This document shows positions 1-13,513 of a stretch of DNA of 64,000 nucleotides, piece after piece (within the stretch, counting starts at the first letter, position 1; every line of letters starts with the position of its first letter). Under the pieces are notes generated by a model. It was not told where the DNA came from. It saw only the letters and a program-made list of their open reading frames with translations, and did no database searches. The stretch comes from Octopus sinensis (lineage: Eukaryota): positions 61,132,001 through 61,196,000 of the forward strand of contig NC_043003.1 in NCBI RefSeq assembly GCF_006345805.1, written 5' to 3'. Made by a program: the position numbers and the translations under genes.

Positions 1-85
1 CTGTAGCGGACAAAACTGGGCCTTAGTATGCCTGGGGATCTATTCTTTCCCATCACGGGAGTTTTTTTACTCTAATATTGCACTT

Positions 86-247
86 TTTCTTTATTGCTCA
101 CAAGGGGCTAAACATAGAGGGGACAAACAAGGACAGACAAACGGATTAAGTTGATTACTTAATTTATCGACCCCGAAAGGATGAAAGGCAAAGTCGACCT
201 CGGCGGAATTTGAACTCAGAACGTAACGGCAGACGAAATACCTATTT
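86..247 (-). mobile_element. SINE family B copy (tRNA-like head, central conserved domain), 5'-truncated with an internal deletion
   Basis: Matches the copies at 22643-22879, 31873-32105 and 40207-40439 (GAGTTCAAATTCCGCCGAGGTCGACTTTGCCTTTCATCCTTTCGGGGTCGATAAATTAAGT). The central block resembles the MetaSINE core as I recall it (unverified). Confidence 0.9.
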
Positions 248-661
248 CACTCGCTACCATTTCATAATTCACGCCGAATTCACACATCATTACATCCTAA
301 CTATAAGTTCAGACATTTGAAAATTGGCTTCTTTCATATTTTGAAAAGCTCTAGTCTCCTGATTTTTAACCTTAGATCATGAAAGCATGGCTTAAAAACT
401 AAAGGTTATTTATTAATGCAATCAGTCCACCACTGAGTTGCGCTCTTTATTGTATCTAAGCTCTTTAAATTTCCAACCTTATAAGGGAAACGTTTTATCA
501 ACGGTATAATTTTCTATCTTCTTTGTATATTTAATACTTCTTAGACACCGTATTACGTTTCGTTGTAAAGAAGTACTTCATGATGTAGATGTTGTACACT
601 CAGTAGGAACTAATCAACATTTGGTCGTCTTCTTGATGAATATTAACTGAATCACTCTTAC

Positions 662-831
662 TGATCTCAGGCAGTCTGAAAAGGCCATGGGGAGAATCGG
701 AATGAGACGATTGGGCGCGGCTGTTTTGGCGCTGACGATCTGACACGGCTGATTTATCAGTCAGCCTGCTTTGCGGACAGTACTTTCTGGTGCTGGAGGA
801 AAATACGCGTGCGCGCAGTAATATGCACACG
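662..831 (-). CDS. Candidate coding exon following the Rab-binding-helix exon (Ser/Arg-rich, probably disordered)
   Basis: Strong acceptor CTGTCTCACTCTCTTTCTACCAG before 831. The phase-2 junction with exon 1548-1310 gives the only long open frame (track ORF 600-830). Donor TCA|GTAAGA after 662. A second in-frame acceptor lies at 792. It could instead be a terminal exon ending at the stop at 600. Confidence 0.5.
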
Positions 832-1309
832 CTGGTAGAAAGAGTGAGACAGATACTATTTATCTATTGAACACGATTGGCATGAATATTTTCTCCTATC
901 CTCATACACGTAAACACAGAAAGAGGGGAAGGGGAGAACGAGAGAAATATTAAAACGCTTGATATCAACTACGACAGCATCGAATCAGCACGCCAAAAAA
1001 TCCGTGTCAAAGCGGCTATTTCAGAACGTCTCATACTCGAGAGGAATTTAATATTGCATTCCACTTAATATTCATAAAATTGAGAAATGTTTGTCTTTAG
1101 CGAAGCTTCTCCACTACGTTCTGTAGCTTTATTTCTTTGATTCAAAGAGTAGACACTCTTTACAATATATAAGCCTAGAGCTTTGTATATCAAAAAAGGA
1201 AAACTTCGATGTAGCATTTTCACTTACTTCAATAACCATCTTACGAGAAACAATATATTAAACATGGTAAATCTTTATTTTCAAATATCAATAAAGAACG
1301 ATACATCAC

Positions 1310-1548
1310 CTAATTCTGTCTTTAGTTTCGACTTCAAACTGCTCTTGACGCCGGAAGACATTTGATATTATTTGTATTTCTTCGTTGGTAAGACCCGTAA
1401 GATCTGGCATCGGTGGACATTGTGCAGATGCGGCAAGAGATGCCTCACAACTATTATCCACCAGCGCTTTCGATTCTGCTTGTGTCGCTGATTTGTTCGT
1501 GTACTCATCCGATTGAGAATTATCTTTTCCTCTTCCAAAACCAAATAC
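1310..1548 (-). CDS. Coding exon with an N-terminal Rab-binding (RabBD/SHD1) helix; RIM/UNC-10/Fife/Piccolo or Slp/rabphilin class presynaptic scaffold
   Basis: 239-nt open frame VFGFGRGKDNSQSDEYTNKSATQAESKALVDNSCEASLAASAQCPPMPDLTGLTNEEIQIISNVFRRQEQFEVETKDRI. PDLxxLTxEExxIIxxVFxRQ matches the RIM-type helix. Acceptor CTAAT...TGTAG| and donor AG|GTGATG. Absent from the ORF track. Confidence 0.8.
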
Positions 1549-1919
1549 CTACAATTCAATACATTAGAGCAAAATTAATAATTCATTTAATGACCAAAAT
1601 CATTACAAAACTCAGCTCAAACTGATACTGAAAAGGAAAATATATATATATTCTTTAGAAAGGAAAAAGAAACTTTAATTTATGATAGAATAAAAAAATA
1701 GACATGCGGTTGATATGGCATTAAATCATTTATAAAAAAAGCTATACAGAAGCGAGTATAAAGATATTGCGCAGAAAAACAGGAAAATTAGGAAAGTAAG
1801 AGTTCATAATAAATTCATCTTCGATATATATTCTGAGGAATGTTCATGCTTTAATGCCACAGATAAAGAGAGAGAATCCCTGTAATCTCCAGTCGGAGAG
1901 AAGGAACTTTCGAGATATA

Positions 1920-2302
1920 TCTCTCTATATATAAACGGCAGTTTGTCTGTCTGCGTATCTGTGTGTCTGTTAGGTTGTACCCTCACCCTGACCACGGCTT
2001 TCAACCGATTCTGATGAAACTTGACTCACACATAGCCCAATGTCATAATTCAAAACTAACGCAGCGAAAATTTTGAAAAGTTCCCCCAGTTCTGAAAAAA
2101 ATTGATAAATTCGACATGGGGTCGAGAATCAGAAACACAAACCACAGACTGTCTAGGGGACGCAACTCGACCTTTTTAACTCTCAAAAAATTTACCATCA
2201 TTTTTTTTTCCATTTTTTTGCTATTTTTTGGCTATAACTCTCTAAAAATACTTTATAGTTATTTCCCTTACAAACCCGAGCAACGCCGGGCGATACTGCT
2301 AG
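1920..2302 (+). mobile_element. Non-autonomous Helitron (HINE-like)
   Basis: 5' TC start after an A, short GTCT repeats near the 5' end, subterminal hairpin CCCGAGCAACGCCGGG (2275-2290), 3' CTAG followed by T, no TSD. Confidence 0.85.
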
Positions 2303-3061
2303 TACGTGTATAAAATAAAATATTGTGAACTCTTGCTTTCCTGATTTTTTAAACTTTTTCTGCTTAATTTTATACTCACTGCTATTTAACTAGTTTGTAA
2401 ATGTTTTAATGTTATTTACAGCAGCCTGTCCATCTGTTATCTTTTCTTTTATTCTTCCATTAGCTTGATTGGTACATTGCTTACAGCCAACTTGAATCCG
2501 TATTCTTTCGTTCTTCGTTGGGTTTTAGGTATCTGGTCCGATCTGAGCACGAACTGTCTATATACGCCTTTTTCGACATATTCTTACCCATTATATAATT
2601 TATTTTTAAAAATTAATAAGTTTCCTGAGTTAAGGGATTAGTACTGCCATATCTGATTCATGAAATCTTCAGTGATCGCAAGAAGAAAAAAGAAATTAAT
2701 TCCAAGATAAAATGCATTTGTTGATGCAGTTTGAATACGTTTTGAGAACTATACACCTGTTAGAAAGGAAATATAAAATTAGTAGCCACGATTATAAAAC
2801 ATTTGTTTCAAAGTAAAAACTTTTGTTGTAGAGGAATTTGCGTCAAGTTGTCTATCAAAAAATCATAGCTTTGACGCTAATTGATAATTATTATATGTTC
2901 TATAGTCTGTAAGAAAGTAAATAGGTATGTGCCGGCAGATCGAAAGAAATTAATTTGTTTTCTCTATATTTTGAACGCACTGACTATGTAGTGTCATAGA
3001 TATTCAATACACTTCATGTTATTCTTAAATACTCATGTTTCATATATAATTTCCAATGTAA

Positions 3062-3330
3062 GATGCATGGCTCAGTGGTGAGAGCGTCGGGCTCACAATC
3101 ATGAGGTAGTAAGTCTGATCCCCGCACCAGGCTGTGTGTTGTGTTCATGAGTAAGATACATTTCACGCTGTTCCAGTTCGCTGACGCCAAGCCGTATCAG
3201 CCTTTGCCTTTCTCTTGGAGGCTGGTATGCATGGGTTGGGTGACTGCTGGCCTTCCATAAACAACCTGAGTCAGACTTGTGCCTAGTAAAGTAACTTCCT
3301 AGGTACAATCCCATGGTCATTGATGACCAA
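3062..3330 (+). mobile_element. SINE family C (tRNA-derived head)
   Basis: A-box/B-box-like head GGCTCAGTGG...GTCTGATCCC. Related to the minus-strand copies at 23040-23345 and 45840-46155. Confidence 0.7.
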
Positions 3331-3415
3331 AAGGGTTTTTTTACTCTCTAACTTTTACCCCTCTACTATGTAACGTTGACCTTCCATTATTTCTTGATCT
3401 CAAATTATTGACACG

Positions 3416-3452
<37 letters not shown>

Positions 3453-4184
3453 GTGTGTGTGTGTGTGTGTGTAATGATATATTATGTAAAGGATACGTAG
3501 AATGAGTTGATGTGTTGGCGTAGGTAAATTTTGAATGAGAACTCATTGAATTCTACATTGCTGCCAAATATGTTATAAATTGCTGGCCTACATGTTCTTA
3601 GTAGAGACGATAATATTGTATACAATGTTTTATTTTCTCTCGGAATTTGTATTGCATGGCGATAGAAGCACCAATATTTCACGAATTACACGTCAAACTC
3701 CTTTTTTGCTCATTTAAGAAATATTTCAGGATCAGTGAAATAAAATGTTTGTGACTTTACTATTCTCAATAAGGTTATATGGTGGTTTATACTATATAAA
3801 CGTTGCCTTCCTACAAATTTTAGGTGGCCACATGTTATTTAACTTTTTAGCTCATGCTGGTTGTGTGCTGTGCTTCATTGTAATACTCAGAAATCTTTTT
3901 AGTGTGCATTAAAGGAGGCGAAACACTTTACTTAGTTTCTGGCTAAACTTTTTGTCCATGATTGATAACATTTGACACGTGATTAGATTTTCAGTGATTA
4001 GAGTTATGTCCATTTGAATTTCTTTAGTTCTGTATTCAGGATTACATTATTAAATGTGTCTATTAAAACAAAAACAAAGCAACAGACTGTAATCTAAGCG
4101 GTATTTGGCTACTATTTCTAGTAGGTTACCCACCATGTGTCCAAATCGTTAGCCTAAATGTCTAAAGTAATGAAAATTGAAGTA

Positions 4185-4417
4185 CAGTAATCTCTCGTCA
4201 TATCTCAGCTCACCTATCGCGGTTCACCTGTCGCAGTTTATTATTTTTGCTTATGTCTATTCCTCTGTGGTGGTATTTTGCATTTATGATAAAATAAATG
4301 TATACAAATTATAAAAATAATAATAATAAATATACAGTACTGTTTTTACTTCACCGATTTTCACCTATCGCGTGGGGGTTTTGGAACGTAACACCCACGA
4401 TACTCGAGGGATTACTG
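4185..4417. mobile_element. Tc1/pogo(Tigger)-type MITE
   Basis: TIRs CAGTAATCTCTCG / CGAGGGATTACTG flanked by TA on both sides; no coding capacity. Confidence 0.85.
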
Positions 4418-5559
4418 TATTATCGGACCTGGAAAAGCCAGTCTTTGAGACGCAGTTTTAGTTATGCTGCACATGTCAGGTGATCAGTCACGGTTATCTT
4501 ATATGCGTGGTCATACATTTATGCAATTTTCTGAGTTTTAATTATGCGTTGTTCAAGACAAGAAATGAGAATTACGTGTAGAGAATATTCCTTTGATATG
4601 TAATGTAAAAGTGAATATCTGGCGTTGAGAGAGAAAATGCCGTCAGGTCATCATTAGAAAATATTTTCAATGTCTCTGTTTATGGTGTCAGTACAGATTT
4701 TAAATAATTTGCCTTAGTTGCATGTGGATGGCGTGTGCAGAAGGTCAATCCAAAATGACGATTTACATCGTGTGCAAATTTCTAAAGCTATGAGTTAAAG
4801 AACCTAGAGAAGATAATAAAGATTGGCAGCTGAGATAGATTTTATAATTGATGGAGACTGTACAAGAAAATATTATTTCATATGGGAAATATGAAAGGTA
4901 TGAAGTTAAAATATCAAAACAGAAAACTAGTGGTGAATGTGACTGATCCTGATAAACAACTAAGACTTAATCCGTTTAGTAGGATTAATAGTTATCTGCT
5001 CACCATGATTAACATTCAACGTTTAGCAAGATTAACATTTAGTATTTGCCAAGATTAATATTTAACATTTGGCAAATTTGGCATTTGGCATTTCAGACCG
5101 GCAAATTATGATATTTTTTATGTCTATTGTCTCCATCAGTTATGCAATCAATCACTACCTAACGGTTCACTATTATTCTATGTCATTATAGCAAAATATT
5201 TATTAACTCTTAGCATTTATAATTTCCCATAGATCATTTATTTCATGATTTCAAATCTTTAACCTTCATACTTTGTCTATATTTGTTCTTTTAATGCCCC
5301 GCTACCTATCTGCTTACCATCATTAAATCTGTTCCCACGAACAGTTACAATTAACATCATGCTTATTATAAACCAGCTACGGATAAATGACTCAGTTTCA
5401 TAAACGATTAGATTAAATGTGTTGTATAGCGAAACTATTTACCATTAATCCATTGTAGACACACACACACATACACGCAAATATAATTATATATATATGT
5501 ACATACGTACATCATACATACAAGCAAATATCTGTCTATCTATTTATCTAGCTATATAT

Positions 5560-6100
<541 letters not shown>

Positions 6101-6554
6101 ACGTATACGGAAACCGAGTGTTTACTCCAGCTAACCCAGGCGTTTACCTCAGGCAGCACTCACACAGGCAGTAATTTTTTGAAATTGACTCAAGGACAAT
6201 TTCTTCCCCAGAATCTTGTTTCAAACATATAGATAAACTGGAAAATTTACTTTCATGCCGGATTATAAATAATAGATGAAGAATAAAGTATAATCAATAA
6301 AGAATGGTGGATAAATTTACATCACTTGATGGGTGTGTCAACAGCAGTCATATAAAATGATCCAAAATTGCACGTTTATTTCATACGCTGATTCAAATCA
6401 GGATACCGAAGGAAATGTGATTGAACAATACTGTTGTTACATATGTCGTGTGTATTACAAGCATTGCGTAATTTTATATGCGATATGGATTAAACAACGT
6501 TACAGAAACCTTCGTAACATCGATTTGACATCTTTTTTCCTCAATATAATTACT

Positions 6555-6589
<35 letters not shown>

Positions 6590-6608
6590 ATATATAATAT
6601 ATATATAT

Positions 6609-6651
<43 letters not shown>

Positions 6652-7245
6652 AGGCATAGGAGTGGCTGTGTGGTAACTAGCTTGCTCCCCAACCACATGG
6701 TTCTGGGTTCAGTCCCACTACGTGGTACCTCGGGCAAGTGTCTTCTACTATAGCCTCGGGCCGACCAAAGCCTTGTGAATGGATTTGGTAGACAGAAACT
6801 GAAAGAAGACCGTCGTATATATGTATATATATATATAGAAATTCGGGGTGAGTACTTGATAATTATAAGCACCTGTGTATACCGTTTGGTGGTGTAGGTG
6901 GTGGAGTAAATTGATCAAAATAGAAACATGATGCGAAGGATTCAGCGGTACATATGTTTCGGGCCTTTATTAGACAGGTTTATAACAATGCATAATGTAT
7001 GTCTGTGGCCTTCTTCAGCCGCGCACAACAGCTTCCACAAGGACATGTGTTACATCAAAAATTCTTGGTTGGGGATGCAAATCCTCTCATTCGCGTACGA
7101 CATAATGCGGCAGCAGCATAGAATTGATGCGTCCATCTCTTTCTTCTCCCAATGTAGAATGAGGAAATTTGGATGAACATCCAAATTTCCTCATTCTACA
7201 TCATGTTTTTATTTTGATCAATATATATATATATATATATATATA

Positions 7246-7288
<43 letters not shown>

Positions 7289-7490
7289 TTGTGTGTCTGT
7301 GTTTGACACCCAACATCGCTTGACAACCGATGCTGGTGTGTTTACGTCCCCATAACTTAGCGGTTAGGTAAAAGAGACCGGTAGAATAAGTACTAGGCTT
7401 ACAAAGAATAAGTCCTGGGGTCGATTTGCTAGTCTAAAGGCGGTGCTCCGGCATGGCCACAGTCAAATGACTGAAACAAGTAAAGGGAGA
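6652..7490 (+). mobile_element. SINE family A (tRNA head, internal microsatellite, conserved tail), interrupted at 6837-7222 by a PLE fold-back
   Basis: Head 6652-6835 and tail 7283-7490 match the uninterrupted copies at 8785-9197, 36441-36842 and 53815-54295. Confidence 0.9.
6837..7222 (-). mobile_element. PLE pLTR fragment with HHR (6945-7022, minus strand) and terminal fold-back
   Basis: Homologous to 20951-21300. HHR GCGG-CUGAAGA-(A)GGCC..GGCC(C)-GAAAC-AUAU-GUA^CCGC. Positions 7178-7222 are the reverse complement of parts of the same unit. Confidence 0.8.
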
Positions 7491-7544
7491 GTATGCATAT
7501 GTGTGTGTGTATGTGTGCGTGTGTGTTTTTGTGTGTGTGTATGT

Positions 7545-7875
7545 GTATTCTTTTATTCTTTTACTTGCTTCAGTCATTTGACTGTGGCCATGCTGGAGTA
7601 CCGTCTTGTAGATCTCAGTCAAAGAAATCGAGCCTAGGATATATTTTTTAAAGCCTAGTACTTATTTTATCGGTTTATATACAGAGAGAGAGAGAGAGAG
7701 ATTCATACATACTTACATACATACATATTTATACGATGCTCTACCACACAGTTTAATCAACCGATTTCACTTACATCTCTTCTAACGTAGCCCAGTACTA
7801 CAGTAGAAGACGCTTGCCCTCAGAACCAAGTGGCTAGAAGATAAACTTCTTACCATTAAGCCACGACTGCTGCTA
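7545..7875 (-). mobile_element. SINE family A, degenerate
   Basis: Tail at 7545-7680, (GA)n/(CATA)n middle, decayed head at about 7730-7875. Confidence 0.7.
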
Positions 7876-8196
7876 TATATTAAAGTATTTTTAGCTACAT
7901 ATAAAAAGAATAAAACATGAAAATTTCAATAACTCAGAAAAGTTACGTTTCACTCAGTAATGAAACTTAGAAACTTATGCAGAGAAGCAAATTAAGTGGA
8001 AAGGCTATCGTATTTGTGGTGTCATTTGACTTCTTGAATTCATATCAGCAAGGAAGAAAGCAAAATTCTTCTCCGGACTTCCTTATAATTATATTACATT
8101 CCCGGTAGATGTTTCAGAATTACGCACCATCCATGGTACATAATACATACATACACACATGCGCGTATTTCTGGATAGAGATATAAAGATATGCAC

Positions 8197-8262
<66 letters not shown>

Positions 8263-8272
8263 TTATATATAT

Positions 8273-8316
<44 letters not shown>

Positions 8317-8319
8317 TAC

Positions 8320-8366
<47 letters not shown>

Positions 8367-8371
8367 TATAT

Positions 8372-8414
<43 letters not shown>

Positions 8415-8784
8415 CATATGTGCATATATATATTGTGTGTGTTATAGAAATTGCTACGTAGAACTTATTCGCGTTCTTGTCCTCACATATATCTATTGTT
8501 GCAGAACAATGTGCTGCTGACGAAGCCAGTGGAGATCTGAACCACTAATGATTCCGAATATCAATAACACAAACACAAAGAAAAGAAAGCAATTTTTTTT
8601 TACTCGTATGCCGTGGCCTATCTTACTTACAAATACTTGCAATTGTGTGTTATTAAAAAAAACTAACGAATAACTCCGCAAATGAAGATTATAAATCCAA
8701 AAATACATGAATGTTTTTAGTTGTTATACGAGAGGCTGCGAACGACAACGCTATGATTTATGTTGGTATTAACAAATATATTTT

Positions 8785-9197
8785 CTCTCTTTTTCTCTTT
8801 TTACTTGTTTCAGTCATATGACTGCGGCCATGCTGGAGCACCGCCTTTAGTCGAGCAAATCGACCCCGGGACTTATTCTTTGTAAGCCCAGTACTTATTC
8901 TATCGGTCTCTTTTGCCGAACCGCTAAGTGACGGGGACGTAAACACACCGGCATCGGTTGTCAAGCAATGCTAGAGGGACAAACACAGACACACAAACAC
9001 ATATACACACATATATATATATATACATATATACGACAGGCTTCTTTCAGTTTCCGTCTACCAAATCCACTCACAAGGCTTTGGTCGGCCCGAGGCTATA
9101 GCAGAAGACACTTGCCCAAGATGCCACGCAGTGGGACTGAACCCAGAACCATGTGGTTGGTAGGCAAGCTACTTAACACACAGCCACTCCTGCGCCT
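8785..9197 (-). mobile_element. SINE family A, full length
   Basis: Complete head, microsatellite and tail. Confidence 0.92.
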
Positions 9198-9919
9198 AAA
9201 TATGCTACCTTTAGAAATGCAACTAATTCCACAAACTACTAAAACAAACAACAGCTGTATTCGACAAACGGATGAGAAAGCCTGCATTTAGTCAGCTAAT
9301 CTGCTTGAAATATAAGTCTTAGTTAACCCTATAGTATTTAAACTAGTCATGTCATGTTCAAATATTCTCTCTCTTGAGACCTGAAACCGGTTAGATCCAA
9401 CCCTACTGTGTGTTCAAATGCGCCAGATCTCTTCCACCCACCCGACAATGTCAATCTCGATAAACAATCACATCATCAAAATCCCGAAGTATAATTAATT
9501 CAAAATAAGGTGAATAAGCAAACATTAATTTCTGACAGCGGAAGCTGAATACTAGAGGGTTAGTTCTTTAGCATTACATAACAGAGTCTTTGAGCATTAA
9601 AGACACATACGGCAATGAAATGTTTAATGCATGACCAGACGAAATAGTTACGGCTGACATTCCAATGATCATTGGTTCTGAGTTGATAGGGTGCTAAATA
9701 GCGACAACAATAGTTCTATTGGTGAAAATATCGCAAAATGAGATTAAAATAAAATCAGTAAAAAGCAGACATGCTGTTAAGGCAAGAAAAAAGACTATTA
9801 GCATTCATAGTTTCACCATGATGCAAATCCAAAGAACACAAAAACTAGCACAAGCTCCAAAGCTCCAGTCACTTGTGAGTACCATCTCAAAGATGCCAGT
9901 AGATATAAAGAGGAATGAA

Positions 9920-10397
9920 TTGTTATGTCCATTCCAAGACTTGACAAACACTTTAAGTGTTTACATTATATCTTACAATATATTATTTACATTATTTACA
10001 AATGCACTGTCCTTAATATATTACACAACTCTACATATGATCAACCAAAGATTTTAAGCAACGATATGCCGCTCACCCCCATTCTTTTAGATACGATAAA
10101 CATAGTAAATCTACTACACTCGCCAACCACATACATCATCTCAAAAATACAAATATAGCCTATACTCTTTCATGGTCCATACTGGACTCAGGGCTTCCCT
10201 ACCGAGGTCAACGCTCAACCTGCAAATTTTGCCTGAAAGAGGCACTTCACATATTAAAGCACAACTCTCCAGCACTGCTTAATAAACATAATGAGGCATT
10301 AAGCACATGCAACCACCGCTTTTTTCACACATTCAAATTCTACAACAAATCCAAATACCTAAGTGACCATGCAGTATATTTCCACAATATCCCTTAG
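9920..10397 (+). pseudogene. Penelope-like GIY-YIG endonuclease remnant
   Basis: IIYKCTV motif, then after a frameshift the open frame 10041-10397: STKDFKQRYAAH..SF...STTLANHIHHLK...WSIL...PY...CKFCLKE...LLNKHNE.LSTCNH, the typical PLE endonuclease C-terminus. The YIG motif is damaged by a small deletion. Confidence 0.85.
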
Positions 10398-11390
10398 GTA
10401 ATGCCAATAACCTTATAAATCTACATTTTAACTCTTAATCCCTATCTAATTCCTCGCTCTTACTCCAATATCACAACCATCTAATTATATTTGTGTGTAT
10501 ATGCGTGCATGCATATGTGCGTGTATATGTATGCGTATGTATGTGTGAATGTATGTATGTATGCAAAGTATGTATACCTGCGTATACAAGGACGATAATA
10601 CATACAGATACACGTATATATAGGTGTGCATGTCTACATATACACATGAGTACGAGTTGTATATGTAGATATTGATATGTATAAACATCTTTATACATAT
10701 ATATATATACATGTCTAATATATACATATGTACACATCTTCATATATATTTTTTCTTCAACTACTAAGCACTTACCTGTCCAACCACCTAATCTATGTTC
10801 CTAAATTCTTCATTCCATACTACTACCCCTCTCTCTTAGACTCTATCACTACATAACTGACACTCATTTACTTTTTATACCCCCTCTCTCTCTATCATCC
10901 CCATTCCTTCTATCTCTCACTCTAATACCTTTCTCTCTCTATAACCCTCATCTCCCCATTCCTACCTTCAAGTGATCTTGACTGACCACTAACTGGTACA
11001 CTTGCCTTTATTATCTCTCTATATCTTTTCTTTCTTCTTTCTTCTTTCTTTTCTTTATTCCTCTCTTCCTTTTTTCTTCTCTTTTCTTTATTCCTCTCTT
11101 CCTGTTTTCGATTTGACCTTTCAAATACATTCTCTACTTTTAGGTCACTTTAAATAAAACCCTTGTTACAATAACACTGTGTACAGATTCTATACTTGGA
11201 TGACCCATTTTTTGATACTATTGGATTTATTCACAAGGTATTGGAATCTTACATGTATACCATTCTGCCTAAATAATGGATCTACAAATGCAATATCCCT
11301 GCATATCTCACATCTATTTTCATTCCTCCACTTCCCTCTCTATTTCGTATCTTATCTAAATTAACTATTGCTTAACAATTTTCTCACCCC

Positions 11391-11438
11391 GTCTCCGATG
11401 AAGGGATATAATAAATATCCTGGAAACAGCTGTAAGAC
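11391..11438 (+). ncRNA. Type-I HHR motif in a PLE pLTR (core variant CCGAUGA)
   Basis: GUCU-CCGAUGA-(A)GGGAUAU/AUAUCCU(G)-GAAAC-AGCU-GUA^AGAC with palindromic ACAGCUGU. It lies downstream of the GIY-YIG remnant and a pyrimidine-rich UTR on the same strand. Confidence 0.65.
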
Positions 11439-11680
11439 CTATTTATAAATGTTCTAAAATCTTCACAGCCTTGTTTTTTTTTTATCTCATTCTGAAAAAA
11501 AAAATTATATATATACACACTCTGATATATGACCTACGTTGGACTCCTTATTCGTATAATCACCGAACCTGGAGCTTAACTATGGTCTATCCATAGCACT
11601 TACTCAGCATTATCTGACACCTTTGGGTCTTGCTGACACGATTACCTCTCATAACCTATACATATATATATAATGAAAAT

Positions 11681-13513
11681 AAGCAACAAGATATCAAGTA
11701 GTGATGCTGTACGACCGTTTCAAGCGGATCCATTTAATTGAACGATGCAAACATTACATCAATTTGAAATTAGTGATTATAGGTGTCATACTTGAACGTT
11801 GATGGCGGAAATTAATTTTGGCGTCGTATCCGTTATAAACTTACTCTAGTATTGAATATAATTAAATCATGGGATATTATGTTATATGATGAATTAAATT
11901 GCATTGCATATGTTATAAGCTATATGTGGTATGCCATATGTAATTACTATCCCATGATAACTTCCGTCTAGTTAGTCTGACTTCATCGTATTTTTGGTGA
12001 TTACACTATTTTTTCCTTTCTATGATGTTCTACCCCACTGATCATATTATGTATAATTGTAATGACTTTATGTAAGTAAGTCTCCTGACTAATTATATAA
12101 GCCCTAGAAAATATAAAATCATATATATAACAGCACCTGTAACATTCCAACTTATAAAATCTCTTCGGTCTGAGTACCTCTAACTGCTCTCACTACGTCC
12201 ATACCTACTACCTCCTCTTTTCAGGTTACCTTTATCTCTTCCCTGCCTCAGATTTTAATCCCCTGTCTTTTTAAATGTAGGTTATATGTATTTCTTATTA
12301 TTTTCTATAAATTCTTATTATTTTGTTTTCTTATTTTGGTATCCTTACATATCAATCTCTTATCCCTTATAAGTTGTTACTGTTCTTATCTAGATATTTT
12401 TCAGCTACTTAAGTCTATGCGAGATGGTTATACTATATCCATATAAACGTATAAATAATTTTGTATGTGTATATATGCATATATATGCATAACCAGTTAA
12501 CTTCTTATCCCTTATAAATAGTTATTTTTCTTGTTCGTAAATAGATACTTTCAGTTACTTAAGTTTGTGCGAGAGGGTTATAGTATATCCATATAAACTT
12601 ATAAAATATTTGTGTATGTGTGCATGTGTGCACATATATAACTATGTGTGTGTATCTGTACACATCTTATAATTAATATATAGATAGCATGTTTATCTTT
12701 CCAGTATTCCATTAGTAAATGCTCTGAGCAGTCTTTATAGAAACCACCTAATAAGTAATTAATTAAGTACATAAATGAATGTTAAACTGATTCTATGTAA
12801 TCTTTCCTTTTTAGTGTTTATATATATATACACACACACATTTTACCTATTTTGTTTATGATATCATTTTTGAAAATCTGAAACTTTATTTTTATACAGC
12901 ATAACAACATTGTTTCTAAACAATCACCCATAGTACCCCAAGATAAAATTTCCTCTGTATTAACGTCTTAGGTTTTATTAGCGTCTTGCCCCTTTAACTG
13001 GTAATTAACATCATGTTTTAGAGACTTCCTCAATTCAGCCTCCTTTTATAGATTGTTATACTATATCCAATTGGCTACTCTTAATGTCTTCTTTCCTCCC
13101 TGAAGAAAAGGGATACGTATGACAGTATTTATGACCATGCCTAGCCCTGAACTGTCAACTCACTCTTGCCCTTTATCATGAACAGACACAGCCCTCTAGT
13201 CTTAGATTTAGTAGTTGATAAAAAGATAAATGAATCAGAAATTATCACAATCCTTTACACGCTATGACCCCAATGTACTTCATGCGATTCTTGGAAGTAT
13301 TGTCTATTCTTAGCTACCATACGACAACATGAATTTCTAACATATTCTTGTTCTGTTTGAGTATCTGAGAGAAATTATATTAATGTGTCTATTTATTTAT
13401 TTGTGCAGCTGATGATGGTACTGCATTTAAATTGATGTAATGTTTGCATTGTTCAATTAAACAGAGCCACGTGAAACGATCGTAGTGTATCACTACTTGA
13501 TATCCTGTTGCCT
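11681..13513. mobile_element. Old PLE insertion bounded by inverted pLTR pieces
   Basis: 11681-11770 is a diverged reverse complement of 13425-13513. A decayed HHR (CUGAUGA...GAAACGAUCGUA) lies at about 13405-13488. Confidence 0.6.

Noticed and set aside
575-831. Selenoprotein-like reading with in-frame TGAs on the minus strand
   Set aside because: No SECIS or selenoprotein motif recognised; the splice phase from exon 1548-1310 selects a different, fully open frame.
1368-1559. Track ORF MNCRYLVLEEEKIILNRM... as the gene product
   Set aside because: It is an alternative frame over the real exon; the RabBD-matching frame with canonical splice sites is better supported.
2485-2624. Extra exon with branch-point-like TACTAAT and donor GCT|GTAAGC
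   Set aside because: Its ATG frame would splice into the wrong frame of exon 1548 and the other frames contain stops; no independent support.
6652-6725. tRNA genes at SINE heads
   Set aside because: A/B boxes are present but each head continues into a SINE body and no complete cloverleaf is evident.
8500-8560. HHR (CUGACGA) or plus-strand terminal exon
   Set aside because: No GAAA partner or stems, and the ORFs are very short with no upstream exons found.
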